In this document: positions 24,960-42,105 of the stretch, one piece after another
Position numbering within the stretch: position 1 is the stretch's first letter
How the letters are laid out: the number at the start of each line of letters is the position of its first letter
DNA from: Lingula anatina
Lineage: Eukaryota > Animalia > Brachiopoda
DNA: 64,000 nucleotides
Assembly (NCBI GenBank): GCA_051362555.1
Contig: CM120646.1
Coordinates: 19,902,001-19,966,000 of the forward strand
Reading direction: 5' to 3'
Notes under the pieces: model-generated
Databases searched by the model: none
Seen by the model: the letters and a program-made list of their open reading frames with translations, nothing else
What the model was told of the DNA's origin: nothing
Translations under genes and position numbers: made by a program

Positions 24960-27700
24960 ATGAAAGTCTCATTTGTTCTGTTGATTTCTCTCTTGGTTTA
25001 TTGGGATCCGAACCCAGAACAAGTAAAAAGAGTTTTCGCTCAAAGTGAAATTGAAGATGCTCCTGAGTTTTCAAAGAACACAGTAAAAATGTCTCAGAGT
25101 GACAGGCCTTCCACCAAGATTGCTGTAGGAATAACGACTCTAAACACCCCAGACACAAATAAAGAAGCCAGCAACCCTACGACCGTCCCAATACCATCGA
25201 CACATGTTCTGAATAATTTCAGTGACCATGGTGGACAGGTTACCGAGGGTATCCAAGAGAGAAACATCACTGGATCTGGGGAAAACACCACGAAGACGAA
25301 GGGGAATAAAGAGGATGTTTTCGCTACCGTCCACACTATCAAATTCAGTGATCCTCTGTCGAACACCACAGCGTCAATGATGACAGACCCTTTTGAAATG
25401 ATCTACGAGGACTTATTAACTTCAGATTCGTCGACTCATCTAATCCCAGTTAATCGTCAGTTTTGTGCTACTCTCGTGGATGTGTCAACAAATCAGGTAA
25501 CATTAACCAGAAAATTTGTCCATATCACATGTTATTGTGACGACATTTGTCACGTTTTCGGCGATTGTTGCTGGCCATACCATCGCCACTGCAACAACAC
25601 CAAGGTGACGGGGATTGACTTAGTGCAGAATAATACAGAATGCTGGCTACAAGGCACCAGAGAAATATGGGACGTTCACAGTAAGAACTATTGGGTGGTA
25701 TCTTCGTGCCCAGACAAATGGCCAAATGACACAGTACGGGAAAAATGTGAACTGAAAGAGCACTCCAATGATTTGGAACTCATTCTCCCAGTCTCTTCAA
25801 CTGTTGCCAATATCACGTTTAAAAATAAATACTGTGCGACATGTCATGGCGTTGAGAATTACCAGACATGGACACCGAAAATTGCTTGTGAAAAGACACA
25901 AATTGAAACCTTTCTTAACGCAACAACCAGGGGGGAAATTGTTAAGCAAATTAACGAGACAAAAGATTGTACGTTATATTTTGAAAACCCGGAAGAATAT
26001 CCCGGTCGACCATGCATGGGTGCTGAGGGAAAACACGACCCGACGTCCCACTATTATGACGGACAGTGCATAGTCGGAAGCAACGCCGAAATGGCCAATT
26101 TGTGTGGGACGGGTCCTGTAACCTTGACCTATATGGGAAATGTCCTAGGATATCGATACGGACGCAATATATTCTGTTTGTTGTGCCAAGTATTGTCTCC
26201 TTCACGAATTAACATTGAAGATTGTGGAAACGGTGAGTTATGTCAATTTTCTAGGAACACAACCAGCGTTTAAATTTCACATAAAGTTCTTATATGCCCC
26301 ATTAACACCGAACTGTGACCCTTCCACAAAACCACGGTTATCAGGAAGTCTTTGTTACCTTTGCAGCCGTTCCAAACATTATTATTATTATCATTATTAT
26401 TATTATACTATATATGCCATTTCTTCTTACACTTCTTTCTTTTATAGATCGAATTCATATAAAATCATTTGAACCAAACGGTTTATCTGCCATAATAGAT
26501 TTTGAAAGGGAACAGCGGTGCCAGGAGAAGGAAAATGAAGTAAGACTTTATTTTATGTGTAGTTTTATATAATTTATGCATACGAGCATTATACATATTA
26601 AACGATACATCTAATTTACAGTAACGGTAATTTACAATAATATGTTACAGAATTATCGCTAATTACCAAATTCCCCGATGGTGTCCGATAGAATCAGTCA
26701 CTCGTACATATGCATGTATTATTTGTGCTCTAGATAACATTTATGTTTTTCTGTTCAAAATCTGGAGCTTCAATAGGGGTCTGCCATTAACTTTTGAGAG
26801 ACAATGCTGAAGAGCTATAATACTTAATTTCGATTTAATTTGCTATTTCAACGTGCCCTTTGCACATGCATAGTACAGTACATAGTCCTTACAAACTCGA
26901 CATTTAATATGGAGTATCATGGTTAAAACTGTACTTCTTTGCTTAATAAGGGATTATTCAATATAAAATCTAATGTCACAGATGACACTTAGAGATTATT
27001 AAACCTTTAAAACATTATTTCAACCCTTGTTTTCTTTTATTTATCAAAAAAGGAAAACTTCGAAATAAACGATTTGGAAAAAAATCATTTTAAATGTTAA
27101 TTCTGTAAATACATGCTTCATCTCTTTCAGAAATCCTGTGGTCAATGTCCAGAGTCAGATATATGGTGCCTCATACCCCTAACTGGAATATTCAATGTGA
27201 GGTACTATTTGATCATAAGATTCACCCCTAAAAACAGAGTGCTGACCTGTTCATTCGAAGATTGTTACGTTGACAACTTACTGGAGGAAGATTTATCTCA
27301 GTTCCATCCTAGGGGGGCGTGGGAGTACACGGAAAACCCAAGTGGCGCAATGAGATGCGACAAACCGACTGTTGACAATACCAACGCTACTTTCTGGATT
27401 CCAATTAAACTGAAGAAAACTGTTCAAAATGCAAATGAAGGTTTGCGCTTGTTTGAGCAGTTCGAGTATCAAATGGCGGTCTTTGTACAACGTTATTACT
27501 CTCACGTAACAATAAGCGACGTCGACTATACTCTAACCGTCGTGCGCAATCGTATATCCGGGCAACTCGTCGGACCCTCTTTGACCACTCCTTCTCTCGT
27601 AAATGGCATTCCACCAACTCTTCACTGTTCCGGAGGATACGTCCGCCATTGGATTTGGCCAGTCATACTGATTATAAAATTTGGCAGAGTTGAGTTGTAA
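24960..27700 (+). CDS. Array gene 3: secreted SMB-like/Cys-rich glycoprotein (~644 aa)
   Basis: Exons 24960-26232, 26448-26539, 27131-27700; GT-AG, open frame of 1935 nt. TATA at 24881. Confidence 0.85.
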
Positions 27701-28288
27701 TTCAAACATCAGAGGGAAAGGTATGCGACCACAATTTATCTCTTAAGTTAGTAACTACTTGAGTGCTTACCAGTACTAGTACAACTTTGTAAGAGGCATC
27801 GTTATTGTAAGAGACATCGGTTGAAGTTATTGTGAAGCAATATAAGAAGTATGCTCACTATGAACAACATCACAAAAAAAAAAAATCAAATTGGTCATTA
27901 AAAGAAGAATGCCCTTATAGCAGCCACATGAGACCAGGCGCACCACTGGCCGTTGCCGTTGCTCTGACTAGACACTGACATGAGCGTCCTTTGTGGAGCG
28001 TTTAACTCTTTCACAGATGATAATTTGGAAAATGTGGAGAATGAAATAACGCTTTTAATGTTTGTTGTTTGACTAAGAATCAGCCATGTATTTTTGTTTG
28101 CTTAATTAATAAGATGAATTTAATTAAAGAACTGATGTCACAATTATACTTAAAAGATTAGTAAAAGCTATTTAAAGAATATTCAAATTCCCATCTTCAT
28201 TTATTAGTCGGATTAGTAGGAAAACAATTTGGAAAAAATATTCCATATTTAATGTCAAGTCTGTAATTGAATTTAGACCCAAAGGAAG

Positions 28289-28957
28289 CACCCTGAGCTT
28301 CAGAGCTAACTTGACACTAACCTCTTCACTGTAGCCTATCTTCATCGTGTCAAGTAACCTCTGACCAGATTCGATTGCCTCCGCCGCCCGCCAATCAAAT
28401 TTAAAAGCCCGCACTCAATGACTCATTAAACGATCTAGCCAATGAACGCGAACGAGTCAAAGCGCGCTTTGTTCAAATCCGGACCAATCAAAGATAAGGC
28501 TGAATATCAGGGACTTGCCGTAACCTGTGGGCAGCACGCAAATAACATCGTCTCTCAGTAGATAATGATGCAGGGCCTCAAACTGCTAGACCCTATGGTT
28601 TCAATTCCGATTTACTCATATTTTGCAAAGAATCAAGAGATAACTTAACACACTCTTTTTCGTAGTCACTCGCCTTGCTTTCTTTGTGTACGGTAATACA
28701 CTCGGAACTACTCGGATGTCTCCGCACTCGACAATAACTATGTTGTTAGTATGGAGCTTGCGGAATCAGCCGAGGATTGCCGATTGACGGTCAACCAATC
28801 AGCGTTTTCACCAAACTTTGGTGAAAAATTTTGAAACATGGATTTGATTGGCTTATATAAACTAGGTCAAACTATTTTCGTCAGAGGTTACTTGACACGA
28901 TGGAGAATAGGCTACAGTGAAAAGGTTAGTGTCAAGTTAGCTCTGAAGCTCAGGGTG
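28289..28957. mobile_element. MITE, 669 bp, ~76-bp TIRs, 8-bp TSD AAAGGAAG (hAT/P/MULE-type; superfamily uncertain)
   Basis: TIR CACCCTGAGCTTCAGAGCTAACTTGACAC..; TSD at 28281-28288 and 28958-28965; empty site at ~21136. Confidence 0.92.
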
Positions 28958-29171
28958 AAAGGAAGCTATTCTATAAACAGAAGGCTATAATTGCAAATAT
29001 GCTAGCAGTAAGGGATTCATAAATAGAAGACGAGTGTCTGCTGAATTACATATGAAGCAAAGTGATTTTTTTCATGTGGCCAAATATTCCAAAACTGGAC
29101 ACCCAGACTGTTGATTTCGTGTTGGTAAAAGAGACATATCTGAGGTGATAAAGACGTTTAATTGTGTTTTA

Positions 29172-29716
29172 GAGCGCATTCTCAACGAATTAAGCCAGGC
29201 TTTACAAAGCCGGTGACCTAAAAATGGCGGACGTACATGAAAGAAAAACCGCCTAATCTTTTAATAGTCTCTCCGCCTCCCCACACGTCGTCCCTGCGGG
29301 GTACAGTAATTAAATCTCGGCTCCGTTCGCCATGCGGAAGCTACCTGAGAAATATTAAGTGCGCATGCTCATCAGTTAAACTCGTGGTGAAGAAGGCATG
29401 GCGGCTGAAGGCGATCGAAGGAAAAAGCTCTTCTGTTCTATTATCTTTGAAAACAGAGACGAAAAAGGAATAATTTGGCCCGTAGAGCAGCAATGAATCG
29501 ACTATCTACGGAGATAATATCACCAGAGATATTCACGGAAATATTAATGTTCGGAGCCGAGATTTAATTACTGTACCCCGCAGGGACGACGTGTGGGGAG
29601 GCGTGTGAGAGGCGGAGAGACTATTAAAAGATTAGGTGGTTTTTCTTTCATGTACGTCCGCCATTTTTAGGTCACCGGCTTTGTAAAGCCTGGCTTAATT
29701 CGTTGAGAATGCGCTC
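29172..29716. mobile_element. PIF/Harbinger-type MITE, 545 bp, ~150-bp TIRs, TTA TSD
   Basis: TTA|GAGCGCATTCTCAACG...CGTTGAGAATGCGCTC|TTA; empty site tgtgttttaaatac at ~21341. Confidence 0.92.
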
Positions 29717-30311
29717 TTAAATACACAATGTACAAAGCATGACACAACATCTTATGTACACTTACAAGTGATATTTTGAGAAAACATATTTTGAAAAACA
29801 TGTTGGTGAACTGTTGGAGTACATGTAGCAGTATGGAAAGTTAAAGAGTTCTGAGCTTTTTTCCAGTGATAAGAAGCTTTGAATGATTAAGTTTCCAAAA
29901 TCTTCACCTTCTAATATAATGAGTTTTGGATATTTCAGCTCAAAAAGAAACAGTTGCAGAAACAGTCAGATAAATGTTACCTGTAACCCGTGGTGTAGAT
30001 ATGGGTGGAAATTACCAGTACACTGATGTTGTCTTACCTAATTAAATTTATGGGGTTTGGTTACAACAGTTTTAGTGTACGGGATATGATAAATTCTCTA
30101 TATGTATTTGACAGAGTCGAGCAAAATCGTTGTGATTTACTCGAAATAGGAAAGGAACTGGAGGAAAAACTAATAGTTAAAAATTAAAAGCAACAAAGTC
30201 CATGTATTCTCAACTTCAGTCCCTTTATCATTCATGAAGGAATTTCATGAAATTTTAATAAACACAAATTGTCAAAATACATATAACGTTATTTACTGCT
30301 GTCAATTAGCC

Positions 30312-30620
30312 TGTTGCGGACGGATAGAAAATAAAAAAGACAAGAACAAAATAAATAAACGAAATAATGAATTTAATGTTACGAAAAATAATACAAAAAA
30401 ATAAATTAATAATTCAAATTGAAAAACGCTGCTGCTGAGACCGCTATCTCCGAACACTGCCGAGTAGACCGCTGCAGGGAAAACCGTTGTGACGGGATTC
30501 AGTGCGAGAACCACTGATGGTGAGACTACTATCGCTGAAGGTAGCCGGGTAGACCGCCGAAGGGAAGATCGCTGTGACGAGAGTCGGGGAGAGAGCCGCT
30601 GATGGTGAGACTGCTTTCTA
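30312..30620 (-). mobile_element. Second, truncated copy of the probable solo LTR (segmentally duplicated)
   Basis: Homologous to 21936-22170 in the same flanking context; cut off by the LINE insertion. Confidence 0.55.
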
Positions 30621-30636
30621 AAAAGTTTGGCACCGT

Positions 30637-31416
30637 ATGACACCGTTCTGATTGCCGAAAATGAGGCGGACTTACAAGAACTTCTAAACATCGTGGAAAC
30701 AAAAAGTGGTGAAAAAGGTCTGGAGCTGAACAGCAAGAAGACGGAAGTAATGGTAGTTAGCCGAAAGAAAAAAATAGCTAACTGTAAAATTTACACAAAC
30801 GGAACAGAACTAAAACAAACCCCTCTTTTTAAATACCTAGGAACTCGCATTGCAGCCGATGGGCGCAGCGACACGGAAATAAAATCAAGGATTGCTCAAG
30901 CAAAGGCAGCTTTTCAAAAAATGAAATCAGTTTTAACCAACAAACATCTATCAATTATCACGAGAAAGAAAGTTTTACAATGTTACAGCGAACCTATTCT
31001 TATGTATGGATGCGAAGCTTGGACCCTAAGTAAGGAAATGAAGAAGAAAATCGAAGCAACTGAAATGTGGTTTTACAGACGAATGATGCACATACCTTGG
31101 ACTGATAGAAAAAACAAATACAAATGTGTTGAAAGATGCAGACGCCAAAAGATCGCTCTTTAACAAATTTAGAAAACGACAGGCAAAATTTTTCGGCCAC
31201 ATTATGAGGAATGGGATTCTTGAGCATCTGACCATTACAGCCAAAATCAATGGGAAAAGAAGCCGCGGAAGACAACGGGAAAAAATCACAGACGGTCTGG
31301 TATCCTGGGTGGGACTGGAGACGACAGTTGACTTGCTGAGAGCCACTCGGGACCGAGACGTGTGGAGAGACATGATCGCCAACGCTGAACAGCAGGGCAC
31401 TGAATGATGATGATGA
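30637..31416 (+). mobile_element. 5'-truncated RTE-clade LINE (RT C-terminus, frameshifted) with (TGA)n tail
   Basis: DTVLIAENEADLQ..LNSKKTEVMV..FKYLG..EIKSRIAQA..YGCEAWTL..GHIMR..GKRSRGRQR. Frameshift in the A-run near 31110; stop at 31405-31407 runs into tgatgatgatga. Confidence 0.9.
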
Positions 31417-33134
31417 TAATGTTGAAAACGAAAATCACTTTTTATGGAATTGCAAAACTTGTGCAGATTTAAGAGCTACACACTTACCACTTGTGAAAAC
31501 AAATGAGGGGTGGTTCACAAAGCTTATGATCTAGAAAACATTAAATCAATTTCTACTCCGACCGTATTTCATGCACACGTTAAAAATAATAAGGAATATC
31601 TAATAAAGGGTACCGGAGGAGACGGATTGTGCCGGAGGTGACGTGTAGAGGTGTAAGACGTGAACCTGAGTGGTAATTTTTAGCTGGAGGTGAATGGGAA
31701 TAGAGACGTGGGCTTAGAGAAAAAAGCAGTTATTTTAACAACACGGTAAGATGACATTTTATCTTTATGCATTTGGGGCAGAGAATACTTGTAGGAATAA
31801 TAGGAGCATGACATGAAAACGTGCCATGGAACTTAAAGGTGAAAAATTGTGCTCAATTTGCAGTCAATTTGTTTTGAAATATATGCTGCATCGACCTCCT
31901 GCGAGGCAAAGAGCGTCAAAAGAAAAGAATTCCCGGTAGGTTATTAATCGTAGTCATGTGGAATTTTTGCAATCTGTTATGTCCATATCTAAGTGTTGTA
32001 GGGTGTTTTATGGTATGGGCTGCAATTTTAACGATGTTTAAGAGTCTTTGAAGGAACTAATAACCCGTCTTTTTCACCCATCAAAATTTGCTAGGAGGAA
32101 CAATTTTTTTGTATTTCTCTAGTGTGAGAGCTGTGAATGAGAGCTTTCTTTTCCGTAATGTAAAGCTGCAAAACAGACTGGTATGTCTGTGTCTCAGATT
32201 TAAACGCTGTTTGAGTGTCATTTTTGGCTAAAAACTAAAAAGCTTCAAATACACATTAATGTTGGGAAACACAAAATTGTTATAATAAGACAAACACATC
32301 CCCTTTCACATGAAAGCACGCCAATTGTTATCCACCACATAGGAGCATTTTGACAGACTTTCAAAGATGATAACCCATGCAGATTCCCAGGACTGTGGAC
32401 GTTCTTATGTATGTATGTATGTATGTATGTATGTATGTTTGGTCAAAAAAAAAAAAAGGAAAAACCATCCAACCAATTAATCAATTGTTTTGTCAAGCAG
32501 ATGTAATTTGAAATAACAATGCCCTCTAGGCAGATACTCTTTTGCTTCAACCGCTAGAGATATTGAATTTAAGGTGACGTTTTATTTTTCGCATTGTGTC
32601 GTATCATGTTTCTAATAAACCTGATTTTATCACAATGCATGTATCACCTTTCACAAGAGAAAAATGCATACTTTTGCGTTAATCTATTATGCCTGCGTAT
32701 TACATACGATGAGCTTATCTTACCTTTGGTCTCTTTTACGAAGAAGAGTTAACGGGTAACGTTGTTAAAGTATTCCAACATGAAAGCCTCAATTGTTCTG
32801 CTGATTTGTCATTATGAAAATTCCTTCGGCCAATTTATCAATTGTTTTGTCAAGCATATGTTATATGATAGAGCATAAACTTCTGAGCGGATACTCTTTT
32901 GTTAGAGCTGCTAGGCCTATTGAGCTTGAAGGAACGTTTTACATTTCGCTTTGGATCATGTCTTGTTTCTTATCAGCACTATTTTGAGACAATACATGTA
33001 TCACCTTCCACCAGATAAGAATAGTTACTTCGTTAACCTGTCAGTGCCTGCTTGATATATAAAAAGAGCTAAGACTATCTCTTGGTCTATTTTGCGAAGA
33101 AAAGTTTTGGGCACTGGTGTTGAAACATTTCAAC

Positions 33135-37917
<4,783 letters not shown>

Positions 37918-39039
37918 TTCAAACATCAGAGGGAATTAGTACCTCAATTAATAACTGATTACAACTTTGCAAAAAGACATTGTTATTTGACGATAGCCGA
38001 AGGACATTTTTTAAGATAATTGTGAAACAATGTAAGAAGTATGATAAGTATAAACAACATGATAATAAATCCAACCGGGCATTAAATGAAGACATCACTT
38101 AGTAGCGATTTACAAACATTAAAATAAGCGAACTTTGTAACTGACTATCATAATAAAGTTAAAGCAATATATGTTCCCCCAAACGGCTTCACTGCATATA
38201 ATGTAAATGATAAGGGTGTTTTCTTAAATTGGAGGCACTGAGGTGATTGAATGAGAAATATCCTAGAGTCACTTAACGTAAAACGAAGCGAGATTTGGCT
38301 GAGACTGGCGTCAGGAATAATGTAGGCCCTACGTCTGGCTGGCGATTTTTGGATAGCATTCTATCTTTATAATTATATCCTGAGTGCTTCACGATTATGC
38401 TAGGGAGGCAAAAGTGAGTTGTTACTGTCATGCAAATGAAATTTTATACGATTGTCCGTACAAATTTTTTGACATCGTAAGGGGCTACGGGTTAAATATC
38501 AGACGTACATTTATAGCAACTTTGTGGTCAATTTCGAAAACACTTAAATCGTCGTTCAGGGTGTTTTTTAATCATGAAGCCTGCGCTATTTACACTTTTT
38601 AACTTAAAGCGAGGGAACGTGGCCAGGGGACGGTACCATGGAAAGTTGCCAAATGTCATTGAAAGAGACAAGACGAGGATATTGATATGCTGCTAATAAA
38701 TATAATATATTTTGCTACATGTTGTTTTACAATCAATATAATTCTTTGTGTTCCTCGTAGTCATTGTATATCCATACATCCTACTATTACTCTCATCGTT
38801 TACTTTATTATACGATAAATTGGTCGCGAGTTTGAAAAAGCGGTTGGTCATTTCTCGTAAGATAAATGGTTCTATTCTGAGATGCAAAAGATCAAGTGAA
38901 TATTAGGTCTGTTTGAAAGAAAAAGAAGTAACAGTTTGGTCATTGCACGTCACACGTGCCGCATCGCAAACTGTTTCGCAATGCCATTGTTCATCAATCC
39001 TAATTATTCGTCATCTTTGTGAATTTAAGATATGTAGAT

Positions 39040-41610
39040 TTAGTCGGTTCTGGCCATCTTGATGTTTCTCTCGCCAGCATTGAGCTTCCAGATCATGGCG
39101 TCGGTAAGAGCCCAGTCGTAGATCTGGACCTGAAAGTAAGAAGTTGTCTTAATAAGTAAACAACCCTGCCTATACCTTGCATAACTTTTTATCAGCGTAG
39201 TTTTAGTCTTCGGCACAGATGCCTTTAGTAGATTCGATATTTCTGAATTCAGATGAGATTTCATCAGTATAAAAATGCTTCTCAATAAATGTCTATATCA
39301 TATTGGTCTTGGATAATCGATAAATAAAACAGGAGTAAAATCATCACCAAATGTCATCAAGATATGTTATGAAAAACACAATTACCTCATCGAGGAATCC
39401 AACAAGGTTGGTGTTGCTGAAACGAGCATCGACGGCCTCGCAGTTCAAGTCTCTGCCCATGTACAGTGGAGCAAGGGTAGCTGGGATAACACCTGTAGAA
39501 AGTTAAACACAATTTTAGCAATGTTTTTAAAAAGCATTGTCTTAAATTAGTATTGTTTTGCGCAGTTTTTACTTATGCATTTTTGTTAGCGTTCCGATAA
39601 TGTCGTGTGTAAAAATGTACAAAGACAGCAGAATTGTATACATTTTAGTTGTATTTAAAGTTTCCCCAAAAAATTTAAGATACTGCTAATAAATAACTTC
39701 GGTACATTGACCAGCAACAAATTCAAAGTTGTTGAATATTTTTCTTACGAATTATAACTAAAATAACATTATATTATATTTTGTACCAAAAAATATATAT
39801 TAAAAAAAAACGTTGTCACATACCGACAGCGATTTCATCAACCATAACTTTTCCGTTGACGTAAAGCACCAGTCTGAGACCATCGTAGACCATGGCGACG
39901 TGGTTCCAGCCGCTGCCACCCTGTGATATGAAGAACAATAATATTACAAGATTGTTAATTCTTTGACGAAAATAAGGTTTCTGAACCTAGAACTTTCCAT
40001 TACAAACGTTTTCTACTGTAAATAACTGAACGTTTGTGTAGAATGCAATACAACTTCAGAAATATTTTTGCCGATTTTGACAACACTTACGTTCTTGCCG
40101 AGGTCGACGGTGAGGAGGGTGCCGTTGTTGTTGACCAGGACACGGCCTCCAAGATAGCCGCGGTCAGACCAGAAGGAGATGGTTGGCTCGATAGCGCAGT
40201 TGCCGTTGCTGAGGAGACCCTCACGGTCGTTCTTGGCGTGAGCAGCGTTCTTGTACCAGAAAGAGATGGTGAGGGCAGATCCCCATGGGTAGTTGTTGAA
40301 ACGTGGGACCTCGCAATGGACGGTGCCGTTGAAGTGAGCAGCGTATCCGACCTTACCGTCCAAAAGCTCTACACCAGCGCAGTCTGTCCAGAAGTTATCG
40401 ACGGTGGTGTCGGTGTGCTCATCAAAAGGCCACAGGGCGATAGCCTGGAGATCTGCAAGAAATGATTCAATATTAATCTTACATTTTCATTCCCTGCTTA
40501 AGAAAGAATAACAGTGACCTTTCACCAACGGCGTGGAGGCAATTCAGAAGCTGAAGACGTAAATAAAAGAAGAGGAAAACGTGAAAAAGCATTTAATGCT
40601 ATCGTTAATATAAATATCATCGTTTTCGAGATTTAAAATATTAATCAGATCAGCACATACCTGGAACCATGCACATGCATCTCTTGACGTTGAACTCCCA
40701 CTGTCCGCAGCTGACACGCTCGATTCTGGTCTCATCACCAAGGGTCTGGGATCTGTAGAAGGTGTTGGCATCACCCCACACGGCCAAGTAGGTCCATCCG
40801 TCAGGGCCGGCACATTTGCCGTCAAAATGGGGAAGGGTGGTGTAAGCGAGGGTGGTGGTTGGTGGCTCGGCTAATGAAAAAAAGATTTCTCTTTAGGCGC
40901 ATAAAAATTTGGAATTGTAAAGCATTTTGAATAATACGCAGTGGTGCTGTCTAAATTGCTTTTTAAAGTAATGCTTATTGGATAAAAAAGTAATAATGCT
41001 CTATTTTTGTGACTTAGCTGGTATATTCCTATGATTATTGGGTTTGGAAAATGAGCTCTTTCAACTTACTTCTTGGTGGGCACTGTGGGTATGGGACCTT
41101 GCTGCCTGGGCAGGTGGCGACCTCACATGGAACGCAGGTAACAATGGTACCGTCGAAGAGGGTGCCTTCAGCACATTCCTTCACGTGAACCTTGATGTTA
41201 AGGTCATCATCCAAATCGCACTGGAGATAAGTTTTGCAGTCTTCTGGGTTCTCGTAGTAGCCTACGCCATTTCTCTCTTCGATGCACTTCTTGCAGAAGT
41301 CGTTGAATTTGGGAGCTGTGAATAAAATGAAATGGTTTATATTTATAAATATCACTCCAATCAAGAGTTATTGTTATCTTACAAGTTTGATATCACATAA
41401 AAAATAAAAAAAATTGGCAAGATATTTTGTAGATAAACTTTGGACTACATATCCATGTTTTAATATGTTAATGACAATAAGCGGAGAATTGAAATATGCC
41501 TTGTTAATCATCTTGATTATGTAGAGTATATTCAATTACGTACCAAGATGATGCTCATCGTAAACAGCGAGGGCACTGCCCACCAAGGCGAGGAGAACAA
41601 GACGAAGCAT
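39040..41610 (-). CDS. Secreted chitin-binding type-2 (x2) + laminin-G/ConA-like protein, Pif-like without VWA, copy A (392 aa)
   Basis: Coding exons 41610-41544, 41315-41070, 40870-40661, 40452-40091, 39920-39824, 39492-39386, 39129-39040 (1179 nt, phases consistent). Signal MLRLVLLALVGSALA; YYENPEDCKTYLQC..CAEGTLFD; ALWPFDE, LTISFWYK, WNHVAMVYDG, LYVNG, GFLDEVQIYDWAL. Confidence 0.9.
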
Positions 41611-42032
41611 GATGACACTGAAAACAAAAAGTCGAATTAATTAACGTGCCAGTATAATGTTAGCCGTAGATTTGCAACATTCTTTTCACGTAGTTAACAA
41701 CAGATATTGTTAAGAAAGTACGTAGAAGCTCTGCAAAATTTAGATGAAGTATATCGTTGCCAAACCTGTTTATAATAAGTTGCAGGTATGTAGCTAGCAA
41801 TTTCAAAGAGCAAGAGTTCTTTTTTCTGAAAATGTGCCCCTTTTTACCCACTTAGTTGACGCAACTTGCTAAATTGGATGTGTATCCAATGTCGGTGAAG
41901 AGAAGACTTTTCTGGAGAAATAGGTGGCACTTTCGAACCCCAAGAACGCCTGCTTGCAGGCCATGCTGTCTGTCTTTGAAAAGATGGAAAGATACCCTAA
42001 GACTAGCGCGGAAAAGAAACCTAGAGACTCAC

Positions 42033-42105
42033 CTTTCTACGGAGATGATCTGTCTAAGCTGTCAGCTAGCAAGATGAGAGTCAACTGTAGGATCGGGCTT
42101 TTATA
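42033..42105 (-). promoter_or_regulatory. TATA box and non-coding first exon of copy A
   Basis: Minus-strand TATAAAAG (42105-42098), CATCTTGCTAGCTGACAGCTTA, donor AG|GTGAGT at 42033/42032; homologous to 45551-45624. Confidence 0.75.

Noticed and set aside
30627-31407. Functional reverse transcriptase gene, or an RT-based diversification system acting on the array
   Set aside because: Truncated inside the catalytic motif and frameshifted; an ordinary dead RTE copy with no template/variable-repeat pattern.
40034-41325. Antisense ORFs over the chitin-binding genes (also 46527-46820, 47403-47630)
   Set aside because: Shadow frames caused by codon bias; no independent splice or promoter signals.
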